Source: Kineococcus radiotolerans SRS30216 = ATCC BAA-149
GTDB lineage: Bacteria; Actinomycetota; Actinomycetes; Actinomycetales; Kineococcaceae
Direction of reading: 5' to 3'
Length of the DNA: 32,000 nucleotides
Assembly: GCF_000017305.1 (NCBI RefSeq)
Contig: NC_009664.2
Coordinates: 2,130,001 to 2,162,000 of the forward strand
Shown: positions 8,189 to 15,512 of the stretch, in pieces
Position numbering within the stretch: position 1 is the first letter of the stretch
Layout: the number at the start of each line of letters is the position of its first letter
The notes under the pieces: generated by a model
Database searches by the model: none
What the model saw: only the letters and a program-made list of their open reading frames with translations
Told to the model about the DNA's origin: nothing
Program-made: the position numbers and the translations under genes

Positions 8189-8676
8189 CCCCGGGACATC
8201 GGCGCGCCGGGCCCCGACCCTGAGACCGGACCCGCGGGCAGGTGGGCGCGGACCCCGGGCTCGGCGCTGGCGGGGTCCAGGAACCGCTGCGGCAACCCGG
8301 CCCGGGTGCGCAGCGCCGCGTAGCGCCCGAGGGGGCCGTCGCAGGGTTCCACCACCCAGTCCCGGTCGGCGTGCCCGCGCGCGAAGGCGTCGACGTCGTC
8401 GAGGAGGTACACCCCGCCGGCGCCCAGTTCGAGCTCCACGTCGTGCACCTCCAGCAGCACCGCCGCCGTCGCGGTGCCGGGCGCGGCCAGCAGCGCCGAG
8501 ACGCGCTCCCGCTGCCACAGCAGCGTGAACCCGGACCGCTCGAACCCGTCCAGGGCCTGCCTCAGGTTCGTCACCGGGTGCTTCTCGAAACCCAGCCGCA
8601 CCGCGCCCACCCCCTCGTCGTGCCGACATCCTGCCCGACGGCGCGGTTGCCATCCTTCGAACACCTGTGCGAACAT
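8185..8676 (-). CDS. Small VOC (glyoxalase/bleomycin-resistance-fold)-like protein, tentative
   Basis: This is the C-terminal part of track ORF 8185..9453. It reads MFAQVFEGWQPRRRAGCRHDEGVGAVRLGFEKHPVTNLRQALDGFERSGFTLLWQRERVSALLAAPG...VLLEVHDVELELGAGGVYLLDDVDAFARGHADRDWVVEPCDGPLGRYAALRTRAGLPQRFLD. It has normal amino-acid composition and a VOC-like beta-alpha-beta pattern. The start is ambiguous: ATG 8676 has no SD and abuts a hairpin, while GTG 8610 or GTG 8601 follow GAGGGGG. The stop overlaps the next gene's start by 4 nt. Confidence 0.5.
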   Translation of the reverse strand: MFAQVFEGWQPRRRAGCRHDEGVGAVRLGFEKHPVTNLRQALDGFERSGFTLLWQRERVSALLAAPGTATAAVLLEVHDVELELGAGGVYLLDDVDAFARGHADRDWVVEPCDGPLGRYAALRTRAGLPQRFLDPASAEPGVRAHLPAGPVSGSGPGAPMSRG

Positions 8677-8680
8677 CGTC

Positions 8681-8724
8681 GTGGTCGGCCGGTCGGTGAG
8701 GGGAAGCTCCGACCGGCCGATCAC
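8681..8724 (-). terminator. 16-bp stem / 12-nt loop hairpin downstream of the FAD oxidoreductase gene
   Basis: gtggtcggccggtcgg-tgaggggaagct-ccgaccggccgatcac. The arms have one non-Watson-Crick position, which is G.U on the plus-sense RNA and C.A on the minus-sense RNA. It lies 45 nt after the stop at 8769 and 5 nt from ATG 8676. Confidence 0.35.
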
Positions 8725-8768
8725 CCCCCCGTCGGCCGGGCACCGCTCCCGGGCGCGCCGGCCTCGGG

Positions 8769-9890
8769 TCAGGCGAAGCGCTCCGGGCGGAACGGCGCCA
8801 GCAGCGGCACGGGCTCCCCGGTGAGGACCTCCCGGGCGGTGAACTCCCCCAGGACCACCCCCAGCGTCGCCCCGCTGTGGGTGAACAGCACGTGCAGCCC
8901 GGGGACGGCCCCCACGGGCCCCGCGACGGGCTCGCCGTCCCCCGGGATCGGCTTGGGCCCCACCCCGCGGCGGGCCGCCCGCAGCGGCGGGTTCCCCGCC
9001 ATGACGCGCGACGCCTCCGCGAGCAGCCCCTCGACGGTGCGCTCGCGCACCTCGTGGCGGCCGTCCAGCGGGTCCCCGTGCACGACGACCTCGCGCTCGG
9101 CCCAGCCGGAGTCCAGGACGAGGGTCCCGGCCGGGGTGGGGCGGACCGCCACCCGCGGGGTGTTCAGCACCGCGCGCAGCGCGTGCCCGACCGGCTCGGT
9201 CTCCACCAGCAGCGCGACGGGGGTGTCCTCGGGCACGGCGACGCCGAGCCCGGCGAGGTCGCGGGGCACCGCGGCCCCCGTCGCCAGCACCACGGCGTCC
9301 GCGTCGAGGACCTCCCCGGAGGCGGTCCGCACCCCCCGGGCGCGCCCGCCCGCCACGACGACCCGCGCCGGCCCGGCCCCGGTGCGCAGCCGGCCGCCGT
9401 CGGCGCGGAAACGCTCCAGCAGCACCGCGACCACGGTCGGCAGGTCGGCCCACCCCTCGCCGGGGTTGAACACCGCCCCCTCCTCCGCGACCGCCGCCGG
9501 GTCCACCCCGGGCGTCCAGCGGGCGACCTCGCCGGGGGCGAGCCAGCGGGAGTCGTAGCCGATCGACAGCTCGTGGGCGTGGCGCTCGCGGTGGCTGGCC
9601 CCGGGCGCGGCCCAGGTCAGGCCGCCGTCGAAGCGGACCGCGTGCCGCAGGTCCTCGCGGTGGGCGAGGGTGCGCCAGCGGTCGAGGGCGACGGCGCGCA
9701 GCGAGTGGTAGGCGGCGGAGCGCGGCCCGGCGGAGTTCAGCCAGGCCAGCGAGCGCCCCGAGGCCCCCGAGGCGGGTGCGGCCTCGGTGACGAGGTCGAC
9801 GGAGGCCCCGGACCGGGCGAGGTGGGCGGCGGTGGACACGCCGAGGATCCCGCCGCCGAGGACGACGACGCGGGCGGTGCTGGACGTCAC
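8769..9890 (-). CDS. FAD-dependent oxidoreductase (DAO / glycine-D-amino-acid oxidase-like family)
   Basis: Track ORF of 373 aa with a GTG start. The N-terminal dinucleotide-binding fold reads TARVVVLGGGILGVSTAAHLARSGASVDLV..., followed by SGASGRSLAWLN, which is typical of DAO-family flavoenzymes. Confidence 0.85.
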   Translation of the reverse strand: MTSSTARVVVLGGGILGVSTAAHLARSGASVDLVTEAAPASGASGRSLAWLNSAGPRSAAYHSLRAVALDRWRTLAHREDLRHAVRFDGGLTWAAPGASHRERHAHELSIGYDSRWLAPGEVARWTPGVDPAAVAEEGAVFNPGEGWADLPTVVAVLLERFRADGGRLRTGAGPARVVVAGGRARGVRTASGEVLDADAVVLATGAAVPRDLAGLGVAVPEDTPVALLVETEPVGHALRAVLNTPRVAVRPTPAGTLVLDSGWAEREVVVHGDPLDGRHEVRERTVEGLLAEASRVMAGNPPLRAARRGVGPKPIPGDGEPVAGPVGAVPGLHVLFTHSGATLGVVLGEFTAREVLTGEPVPLLAPFRPERFA

Positions 9891-9940
9891 GCCCGCGTGT
9901 CTACCGCGCCCGGATCGGTGCGGTCCAGCCGGTGCGGCGC

Positions 9941-9966
9941 CCGGTGGTCAGCCCCCCGACCACCGG
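9941..9966. repeat. 26-nt palindromic element CCGGTGGTC-N8-GACCACCGG (copy A)
   Basis: ccggtggtc-agcccccc-gaccaccgg. The 9-nt arms are exact reverse complements. The same arms and the same 8-nt spacing recur at 27898-27923. It is intergenic. Confidence 0.55.
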
Positions 9967-10083
9967 ACGCGACACCGCGGTTCCCCCCTGCGAGCCCAGC
10001 GCGTGCCCGGCGGCCCCCCGACCACCGAGCCCCGCTCCCCCCGGGCTCGCACGACACATCGGCACCACCCGCCCCGGTGTTAC

Positions 10084-10112
10084 ACCTCCCGGGGAAGAAC
10101 TTCCGGGGAGGT
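10084..10112 (-). terminator. Imperfect hairpin abutting the aldo/keto reductase stop codon
   Basis: acctccc-ggggaagaacttccg-gggaggt. There is a 7-bp outer stem, with further pairing possible if one base bulges. It begins at the stop codon (10112-10114). Confidence 0.3.
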
Positions 10113-11104
10113 CACCAGCGGTCGTGGACGTGCTCGGCCACGAGGTCGCGGTAGACCTCCCGGACGGCCTCGAGCTGGTCGGCGGTGGGGGCCGGCAGCT
10201 GCGCCGCGGCGGCGTTGGCGCGAGCCTGCTCGGGGTTGCGGGCGCCGGGGATGACGACGCTGACGCCGGGCTGCTCGACGATCCAGCGCAGCGTGAAGGC
10301 GGCTAGGGGGACGTCCCCGGCGACCTCGGCGAGGCGGCGGGCGGCCTGCAGACCGACGGGGAAGGGGACCCCGGCGAAGGTCTCGCCGACGTCGAAGGCC
10401 TCGCCGTTGCGGTTGAAGGCGCGGTGGTCGTCGGCGGCGAAGGTGGTGTTCTCGTCGATCTTGCCCGTGAGCAGGCCCGAGGCCAGCGGCACCCGCACGA
10501 CGACCCCGACGCCGGCCTCGGCCGCGGCGGGCAGGAACTCGGTGACGGGCTTGAGCCGCAGCGGGTTGAGGATGATCTGCACGCTGGCGACGTTGGGGCG
10601 CGCCACGGCGGCCAGCCCCTCCGCGACGGTCTCCACCGAGACGCCGTAGGCGCGGGTGCGGCCCTCGGCGACGAGGGTGTCGAGGGCGTCGTAGACGGCG
10701 TCGGTGCCCAGGACGGCCGGCGGCGGGCAGTGCAGCTGCACGAGGTCGAGGGTGTCGACGCCCAGGTTCTCGCGGCTGCGGTCGTTCCAGGCGCGGAAGT
10801 TGTCCAGCGTGTAGGCGCCCGCCTCGTGCGGGTCCGCGCGCCGGCCCATCTTGGTGGCCACGAACACCCCCTCGGGGGCGTCGGGGAGGAAGCGGCCCAG
10901 CAGCTTCTCGCTGCGGCCGTCGCCGTAGACGTCGGCGGTGTCGAAGAAGGTGACCCCCGCGTCCGCGGCGGCGCGCAGGGTCTCCATCGCGGCGTCCTCC
11001 GCCACGTCGCCCCAGCTGCCGCCGATCTGCCAGCAACCCATCCCGATCGCCCCGACGCTCGCGCCGGTCCTGCCCAGTGTCCTGTTCAACGTCGTCGTCT
11101 GCAC
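10112..11104 (-). CDS. Aldo/keto reductase
   Basis: Track ORF of 330 aa with a GTG start. It reads LGRTGASVGAIGMGCWQIGGSWG...ETLRAAADAGVTFFDTADVYGDGRSEKLLGRFL...LDLVQLHCP, the canonical AKR N-terminal and catalytic Asp/Tyr/Lys region. It starts 9 nt after the upstream stop. Confidence 0.92.
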   Translation of the reverse strand: MQTTTLNRTLGRTGASVGAIGMGCWQIGGSWGDVAEDAAMETLRAAADAGVTFFDTADVYGDGRSEKLLGRFLPDAPEGVFVATKMGRRADPHEAGAYTLDNFRAWNDRSRENLGVDTLDLVQLHCPPPAVLGTDAVYDALDTLVAEGRTRAYGVSVETVAEGLAAVARPNVASVQIILNPLRLKPVTEFLPAAAEAGVGVVVRVPLASGLLTGKIDENTTFAADDHRAFNRNGEAFDVGETFAGVPFPVGLQAARRLAEVAGDVPLAAFTLRWIVEQPGVSVVIPGARNPEQARANAAAAQLPAPTADQLEAVREVYRDLVAEHVHDRW

Positions 11105-11113
11105 GGGAGGAAC

Positions 11114-12271
11114 TCAACCACGGGACCACGCCACGAGCGCGGGCACGCACCGCCGGGCGAAGTCCTCGTAGTCGTCGGGGGTGTTGTAGGCGTGGGCGGA
11201 CAGGCGCACGAAGCCCTGGCCGCCGAAGGCGGTGAAGGCGGCCTCGACGCCCAGCTCGGCCAGCGCCCGGTCCCGCACGGCGTTGCCGCCGCCGGGTCCC
11301 AGGCCGAGGCGGCCGGGCAGCCGCACTAGCCGCAGCGGCCCGGCCGGCATCCCCACCTCGACGCGGTGGTCCTCCCCGGTGAGGGCGGAGAACGCGTCGG
11401 CGACGACGTCGACGCCGTGCTGGGCCAGTGCGGCCAGCCGCACCCGCAGCGCAGCCCAGCCGACCTCGCGCTCCACGGCGTCGAGGGCGTCGGGCGCGGC
11501 GAGCCAGCTCGTGAGGTCGAGGGTGCCCTGGTGGTCGAATCCGGCGGGGAACCCCTCGTCGGCGCCCCAGGAGTCGATGAGCGGGTTCAGCTCCCGGCGC
11601 AGGTCGCCGCGGGCGACGAGGACGCCGGTCCCGCGCGGGGCGCACCCGAACTTGTGCAGGTTGCCGACCCAGAAGTCGCAGTCCACCCCGGCCAGCGGGG
11701 CGGCCAGCAGCAGCGGGACGTGCGCGCCGTCGACGAGGACGGGCACCCCGCGCTCGTGGGCGGCGGCGCTGACGAGGTCCACCGGCAGGAACCGCGCCGT
11801 CGGGGAGGTGAGGTGGTCCACGACGACGAGGGCGGTCCGCTCGGACAGCTCCGCGACGACGGCCGCGCACGCCTCCTCCGGCCCGGCGCCGAGGGGGACG
11901 TGGGCGGTGCGCAGCCGCCCGCCCCAGCGGCGCACGAGCCGGCGCGCGCCCATCGTCACCGCCCCGTAGCCGTGGTCGGTGACGACGACCTCGCAGCCCT
12001 CCCGCACGGGCAGGGAGGAGAAGACGGCGCTGGCCCCGGCGCTGGCGTTCGCGACGAACGCCAGGTCCTCCACGGCGACCCCCAGGTGGGGGGCGACCCG
12101 GGCCCGCGCCGCCGCGACCCGCGCGGGCAGGCCGACGAAGAACCGGACCGGGGCGCCCTCCATCTCGGCCCGGTACGCCGCCTGCCGCTCCAGCGCGACC
12201 GTGGGCACCGCCCCGAACGACCCGTGGTTGAGGTGGAGCAGGGACGGGTCGAGGGAGAACGCGAGCGTCAC
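11114..12271 (-). CDS. Class-V aminotransferase-fold PLP enzyme (isopenicillin-N-epimerase / cysteine-desulfurase-like)
   Basis: This is the C-terminal 385 aa of track ORF 11114..15097. It reads (V)TLAFSLDPSLLHLNHGSFGAVPTVALERQAAYRAEMEGAPVRFF...VVDHLTSPTARFLPV...VLVDGAHV...GNLHKFGCAPRGTGVL, with a PLP-lysine HK context. The start is GTG 12271, or TTG 12283. The rest of the track ORF is an out-of-frame read-through of the helicase gene. Confidence 0.85.
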   Translation of the reverse strand: MTLAFSLDPSLLHLNHGSFGAVPTVALERQAAYRAEMEGAPVRFFVGLPARVAAARARVAPHLGVAVEDLAFVANASAGASAVFSSLPVREGCEVVVTDHGYGAVTMGARRLVRRWGGRLRTAHVPLGAGPEEACAAVVAELSERTALVVVDHLTSPTARFLPVDLVSAAAHERGVPVLVDGAHVPLLLAAPLAGVDCDFWVGNLHKFGCAPRGTGVLVARGDLRRELNPLIDSWGADEGFPAGFDHQGTLDLTSWLAAPDALDAVEREVGWAALRVRLAALAQHGVDVVADAFSALTGEDHRVEVGMPAGPLRLVRLPGRLGLGPGGGNAVRDRALAELGVEAAFTAFGGQGFVRLSAHAYNTPDDYEDFARRCVPALVAWSRG

Positions 12272-12309
12272 CCGGGCAGTCAACCAGCCCGGCCCGGGCG
12301 CCGGCCCCG

Positions 12310-14880
12310 TCAGAGGCGCAGCAGCCCCGCGACCTGCAGCACCGCGGTGCCGGCCTCGTCGGAGGCGTCGAGGTCGACCTCGGCGACGATCGCCCAGTCG
12401 CGGTCGCCCGCGGGGTCCTCCAGCACCTGGCGCACGTACCAGCGGCGCGCCGAGCCCTTCGGCTCGGGGCCGGACCCGTCGTCGACCTGGAGCAGGTGCG
12501 GCCCGCGGGCGTCGGGCCCGGTCCCGATGCTGTCGTGCTCCTCGTAGTAGGCGTCGAGCTGGTCGGCCCAGGTGCTCTCGTCGGGGGAACCCTCCAGCTC
12601 CGCCAGGGCGGCGGGGCGGTCCAGCGCGCACAGCTCCACGAACCGGAACACCGCGTTGCGCACCAGCACGCGGAACGCGCGGGTGTTCGCGGTGACCGGC
12701 GGGGCCTCCTCCTCGCGGACGACGGCGTCCTGGACGTCGGCGGGGTCGACGCCGTCGCGCAGCGCCTCCCACTCGGCCAGCAGGGAGGAGTCGGTCTGGC
12801 GCACGACCTCGCCCAGCCACTCCACGAGGTCGGTGAGCTCCTCGGTGCGGGCGTCGTCGGGCACGGTCTGCTTCAGCGCCTTGTAGGCGTCGGAGAGGTA
12901 GCGCAGGACGAGGCCCTCCGACCGGGCCAGCTGGTAGTGCTGGACGTAGTCGCCGAACGTCATGGCCCGCTCGTACATGTCGCGCACGACGGACTTGGGC
13001 TTCACCTCGTAGTCGCCGACCCAGGGGTTCCCGGCGCGGTAGGTCTCGTAGGCGGCGCGCAGCTCCTCCGCCAGCGGCTGCGGCCACTCGACGTCCTCGA
13101 GCAGTTCCATGCGCTCCTCGTACTCGACACCGTCGGCCTTCATGCGCTGCACGGCGTCGCCCTTGGCCTTGGAGCGCTGCGCGAGCAGGACCTTCATCGG
13201 CTCGTCCAGGGTGGACTCGATGACCGACACGACGTCGAGGGCGTAGGTCGGGGACGCGGGGTCGAGGAGCTCGTCGATGACGGCGAGCGCGAACGGCGAC
13301 AGCGGCTGGTTGAGGGCGAAGTCCAGCTGCAGGTCGCCCACCAGCCGCACCTGCCGCCCGTCGGGCAGGGGTTCGGGCAGCGTCTCGACGATGCCGGCGT
13401 CGAGGAGGGCGCGGAACAGCTCCACGGCGCGGCGGACGTGCTTGAGCTGGTTCTTGCGGGGTTCGTGGTTCTGCAGCAGCAGGTGGCGCATCGCCTCGAC
13501 CGGGTTCCCCGGGCGCTGCAGGACGTTCAGCAGCATGGAGGTCGTGACCCGGAAGTGGGAGGTGAGCTGCTCGGGTTCGCCCGCGACGAGCTTGTCCATC
13601 GTCTGCTGCGACCAGGAGACGAAACCCTCCGGCGCCTTGACCCGCTGGACGCGCTTGAGCTTCTTCGGGTCGTCCCCGGCCCGGGCGACGCGGCGGGCGT
13701 TCTCCACCTCGTGCTCGGGGGCCTGGACGACGACGGTGCCGGCGGTGTCGAACCCGGCGCGGCCGGCGCGCCCGGCGATCTGGTGGAACTCCCGGACGCG
13801 GTAGTGCCGGTTGCGGCGGCCGTCGAACTTGGTGAGGCCGGCGAACAGGACGGTGCGGATGGGGACGTTGATCCCGACGCCGAGGGTGTCGGTGCCGCAG
13901 ATGACCTTGAGCAGCCCGGCCTGGGCGAGGGTCTCCACCAGGCGCCGGTACTTGGGCAGCATCCCGGCGTGGTGGACGCCGACGCCCATCCGCAGCAGCC
14001 GGTTGAGGACCTTGCCGAAGCCGGCGGCGAACCGGAACCCGCCGAGGGCCTCGCCGATCGCGTCGCGCTGCTCGCGGGTGGCGATCTTCGCGCTGGTCAG
14101 CGACTGGGCCTGCTCCACGGCCGCGGCCTGGGTGGAGTGCACGACGTAGACGGGGGCGCGGTCGGTGTGCAGGAGTTCCTCGACGGTCTCCTGCAGCGGG
14201 GTCGTGGCGTAGGAGTAGTGCAGCGGCACGGGCCGCTCCACCGAGGTGACGCTGGCCGTGGCCCGCCCGGTGCGCCGGGTCAGGTCCTCGCGCAGCGCCG
14301 TCGTGTCGCCCAGCGTCGCCGACATCAGCAGGAACTGCGCCTGCGGGAGCTCGACGAGGGGGACCTGCCAGGCCCAGCCGCGGTCGGGGTCGGCGTAGAA
14401 GTGGAACTCGTCCATGACGACCTGCCCGACGTCGGCGAACGCGCCGGAGCGCAGCGCGACGTTGGCCAGGACCTCCGCGGTGCAGCAGACGATCGGCGCG
14501 CCCGGGTTCACCGACGCGTCGCCGGTCATCATGCCGACCCGCTCGGCGCCGAACGTCTCGACGAGGGCGAAGAACTTCTCGCTCACCAGCGCCTTGAGCG
14601 GGGCCGTGTAGAAGGAGCGGATCCCCGCGCTCAGCGCCGCGGCGTGCGCCCCGGCGGCCACCAGCGACTTCCCCGAGCCCGTGGGGGTCGCGAGCACGAC
14701 GTTGGAGCCGGCGACCACCTCGATGAGCGCGTCCTGCTGCGCGGGGTACAGCTCGATGCCGCGCGAGGTCACCCACGTCGAGAACGCCTCGTAGACGCCG
14801 TCGGGGTCGTCGGTGCCCGGGGGCGGCAGCAGGTCGGGCAGGTGGGGCGTCGCGGTGGCGGGGGCGGGGGTGGCAGTCAT
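12310..14880 (-). CDS. Superfamily-2 DEAD/DEAH (DEFH) helicase, Ski2/SftH-like, with a long C-terminal DUF3516-type region
   Basis: Track ORF of 856 aa with an ATG start. Motifs are ATPTGSGKS (motif I), VVMDEFHFY (motif II, DExH), MSATLG (III), HHAGMLP and QIAGRAGRAG (VI). It is followed by about 400 aa of non-ATPase C-terminal domain, as in mycobacterial SftH. Confidence 0.92.
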   Translation of the reverse strand: MTATPAPATATPHLPDLLPPPGTDDPDGVYEAFSTWVTSRGIELYPAQQDALIEVVAGSNVVLATPTGSGKSLVAAGAHAAALSAGIRSFYTAPLKALVSEKFFALVETFGAERVGMMTGDASVNPGAPIVCCTAEVLANVALRSGAFADVGQVVMDEFHFYADPDRGWAWQVPLVELPQAQFLLMSATLGDTTALREDLTRRTGRATASVTSVERPVPLHYSYATTPLQETVEELLHTDRAPVYVVHSTQAAAVEQAQSLTSAKIATREQRDAIGEALGGFRFAAGFGKVLNRLLRMGVGVHHAGMLPKYRRLVETLAQAGLLKVICGTDTLGVGINVPIRTVLFAGLTKFDGRRNRHYRVREFHQIAGRAGRAGFDTAGTVVVQAPEHEVENARRVARAGDDPKKLKRVQRVKAPEGFVSWSQQTMDKLVAGEPEQLTSHFRVTTSMLLNVLQRPGNPVEAMRHLLLQNHEPRKNQLKHVRRAVELFRALLDAGIVETLPEPLPDGRQVRLVGDLQLDFALNQPLSPFALAVIDELLDPASPTYALDVVSVIESTLDEPMKVLLAQRSKAKGDAVQRMKADGVEYEERMELLEDVEWPQPLAEELRAAYETYRAGNPWVGDYEVKPKSVVRDMYERAMTFGDYVQHYQLARSEGLVLRYLSDAYKALKQTVPDDARTEELTDLVEWLGEVVRQTDSSLLAEWEALRDGVDPADVQDAVVREEEAPPVTANTRAFRVLVRNAVFRFVELCALDRPAALAELEGSPDESTWADQLDAYYEEHDSIGTGPDARGPHLLQVDDGSGPEPKGSARRWYVRQVLEDPAGDRDWAIVAEVDLDASDEAGTAVLQVAGLLRL

Positions 14881-14952
14881 GGCCCGCCCATCGTCGCACC
14901 GCGGCCGGGTGCGCGCGTGCGCCGAGGCGGCCCCCGGACGGCGGGGGGACGG

Positions 14953-15357
14953 TCAGGGGATCAGGCCGTCCCGGCGGGCGAGGGCGGCGGCGGTGGCCGA
15001 GGAGCGGACGCCGTACTTGCGGCGCACCGAGGCCAGGTGCTGGGCCACGGTGTTGGGGGCCAGGCCGAGGCGCTCGGCGACGAGGGCCCCCGGGCACGCC
15101 TCGGCGACCATCTGCAGGACCTCCCGCTCGCGGGCGGTGAGGCTCACCCCGGCGCGCCCGGCGCCGCGCTCAGCGGCCTCCAGGGCGCGCAGGCGGTCCT
15201 CGGGGACGAGGACGAAGCGGTGGCCGGCGGCGTCCACGAGGACCGCGCGGCGCTCGCCGGCGACGGCGCGCAGGGCGCCGTCCCACCGGTCCTCCGGTCC
15301 CCGGACCGCGTCCACGGTCGCCGCGCTGCTGCGCTCCACGGTGCTCCCCCCGCCCAC
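14953..15357 (-). CDS. LuxR/GerE-family HTH transcriptional regulator (small, with a short unassigned N-terminal region)
   Basis: Track ORF of 134 aa. It reads SLTAREREVLQMVAEACPGALVAERLGLAPNTVAQHLASVRRKYGV, the GerE-type HTH. The start is GTG 15357, or GTG 15339, which is preceded by GGGGGGAG. Confidence 0.85.
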   Translation of the reverse strand: MGGGSTVERSSAATVDAVRGPEDRWDGALRAVAGERRAVLVDAAGHRFVLVPEDRLRALEAAERGAGRAGVSLTAREREVLQMVAEACPGALVAERLGLAPNTVAQHLASVRRKYGVRSSATAAALARRDGLIP

Positions 15358-15468
15358 GTCGCCGCTCGGCCGCCCGGCGGCTCCTCCGCCGGGGGTGCGG
15401 CGCGGGTGACCCCGCCCCTGGGGGTTCGGGAGGCGCGGGGCCGTCCTGAACCGCGCCCCGCGATCACC

Positions 15469-15512
15469 ACCCGCCCGGCCCTGACCGCCCGGGCGGTCAG
15501 GGCCGGGCGGGT
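15469..15512 (-). terminator. 44-nt perfect palindrome (22-nt arms, no spacer) spanning the GT87 stop codon
   Basis: acccgcccggccctgaccgccc|gggcggtcagggccgggcgggt. Every position is complementary. The stop codon TGA (15499-15497) lies inside the arm. It is followed by the 139-nt gap to the LuxR gene. Confidence 0.5.

Noticed and set aside
3771-8323. Giant overlapping ORFs 3771..7682 (minus, 1303 aa) and 4232..8323 (plus, 1363 aa)
   Set aside because: Their translations are low-complexity Arg/Pro/Gly/Ala strings with no motifs. They lie antisense to, or out of frame with, genes that have clear GGDEF/EAL signatures. Stop codons are simply rare in about 74% GC DNA.
9891-10111. Plus-strand ORFs 9787..10254 and 9932..10306 as genes filling the 221-nt gap
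   Set aside because: The translations are Pro/Arg-rich and overlap the AKR and FAD-oxidoreductase genes. The gap is better explained by the repeat/hairpin elements reported above.
12272-15097. The upstream 940 aa of track ORF 11114..15097, and ORF 12496..15633 (plus, 1045 aa)
   Set aside because: Both overlap the SftH-like helicase, which has all SF2 motifs in its own frame. Only the last 385 aa of 11114..15097 (the class-V aminotransferase) shows real protein features.
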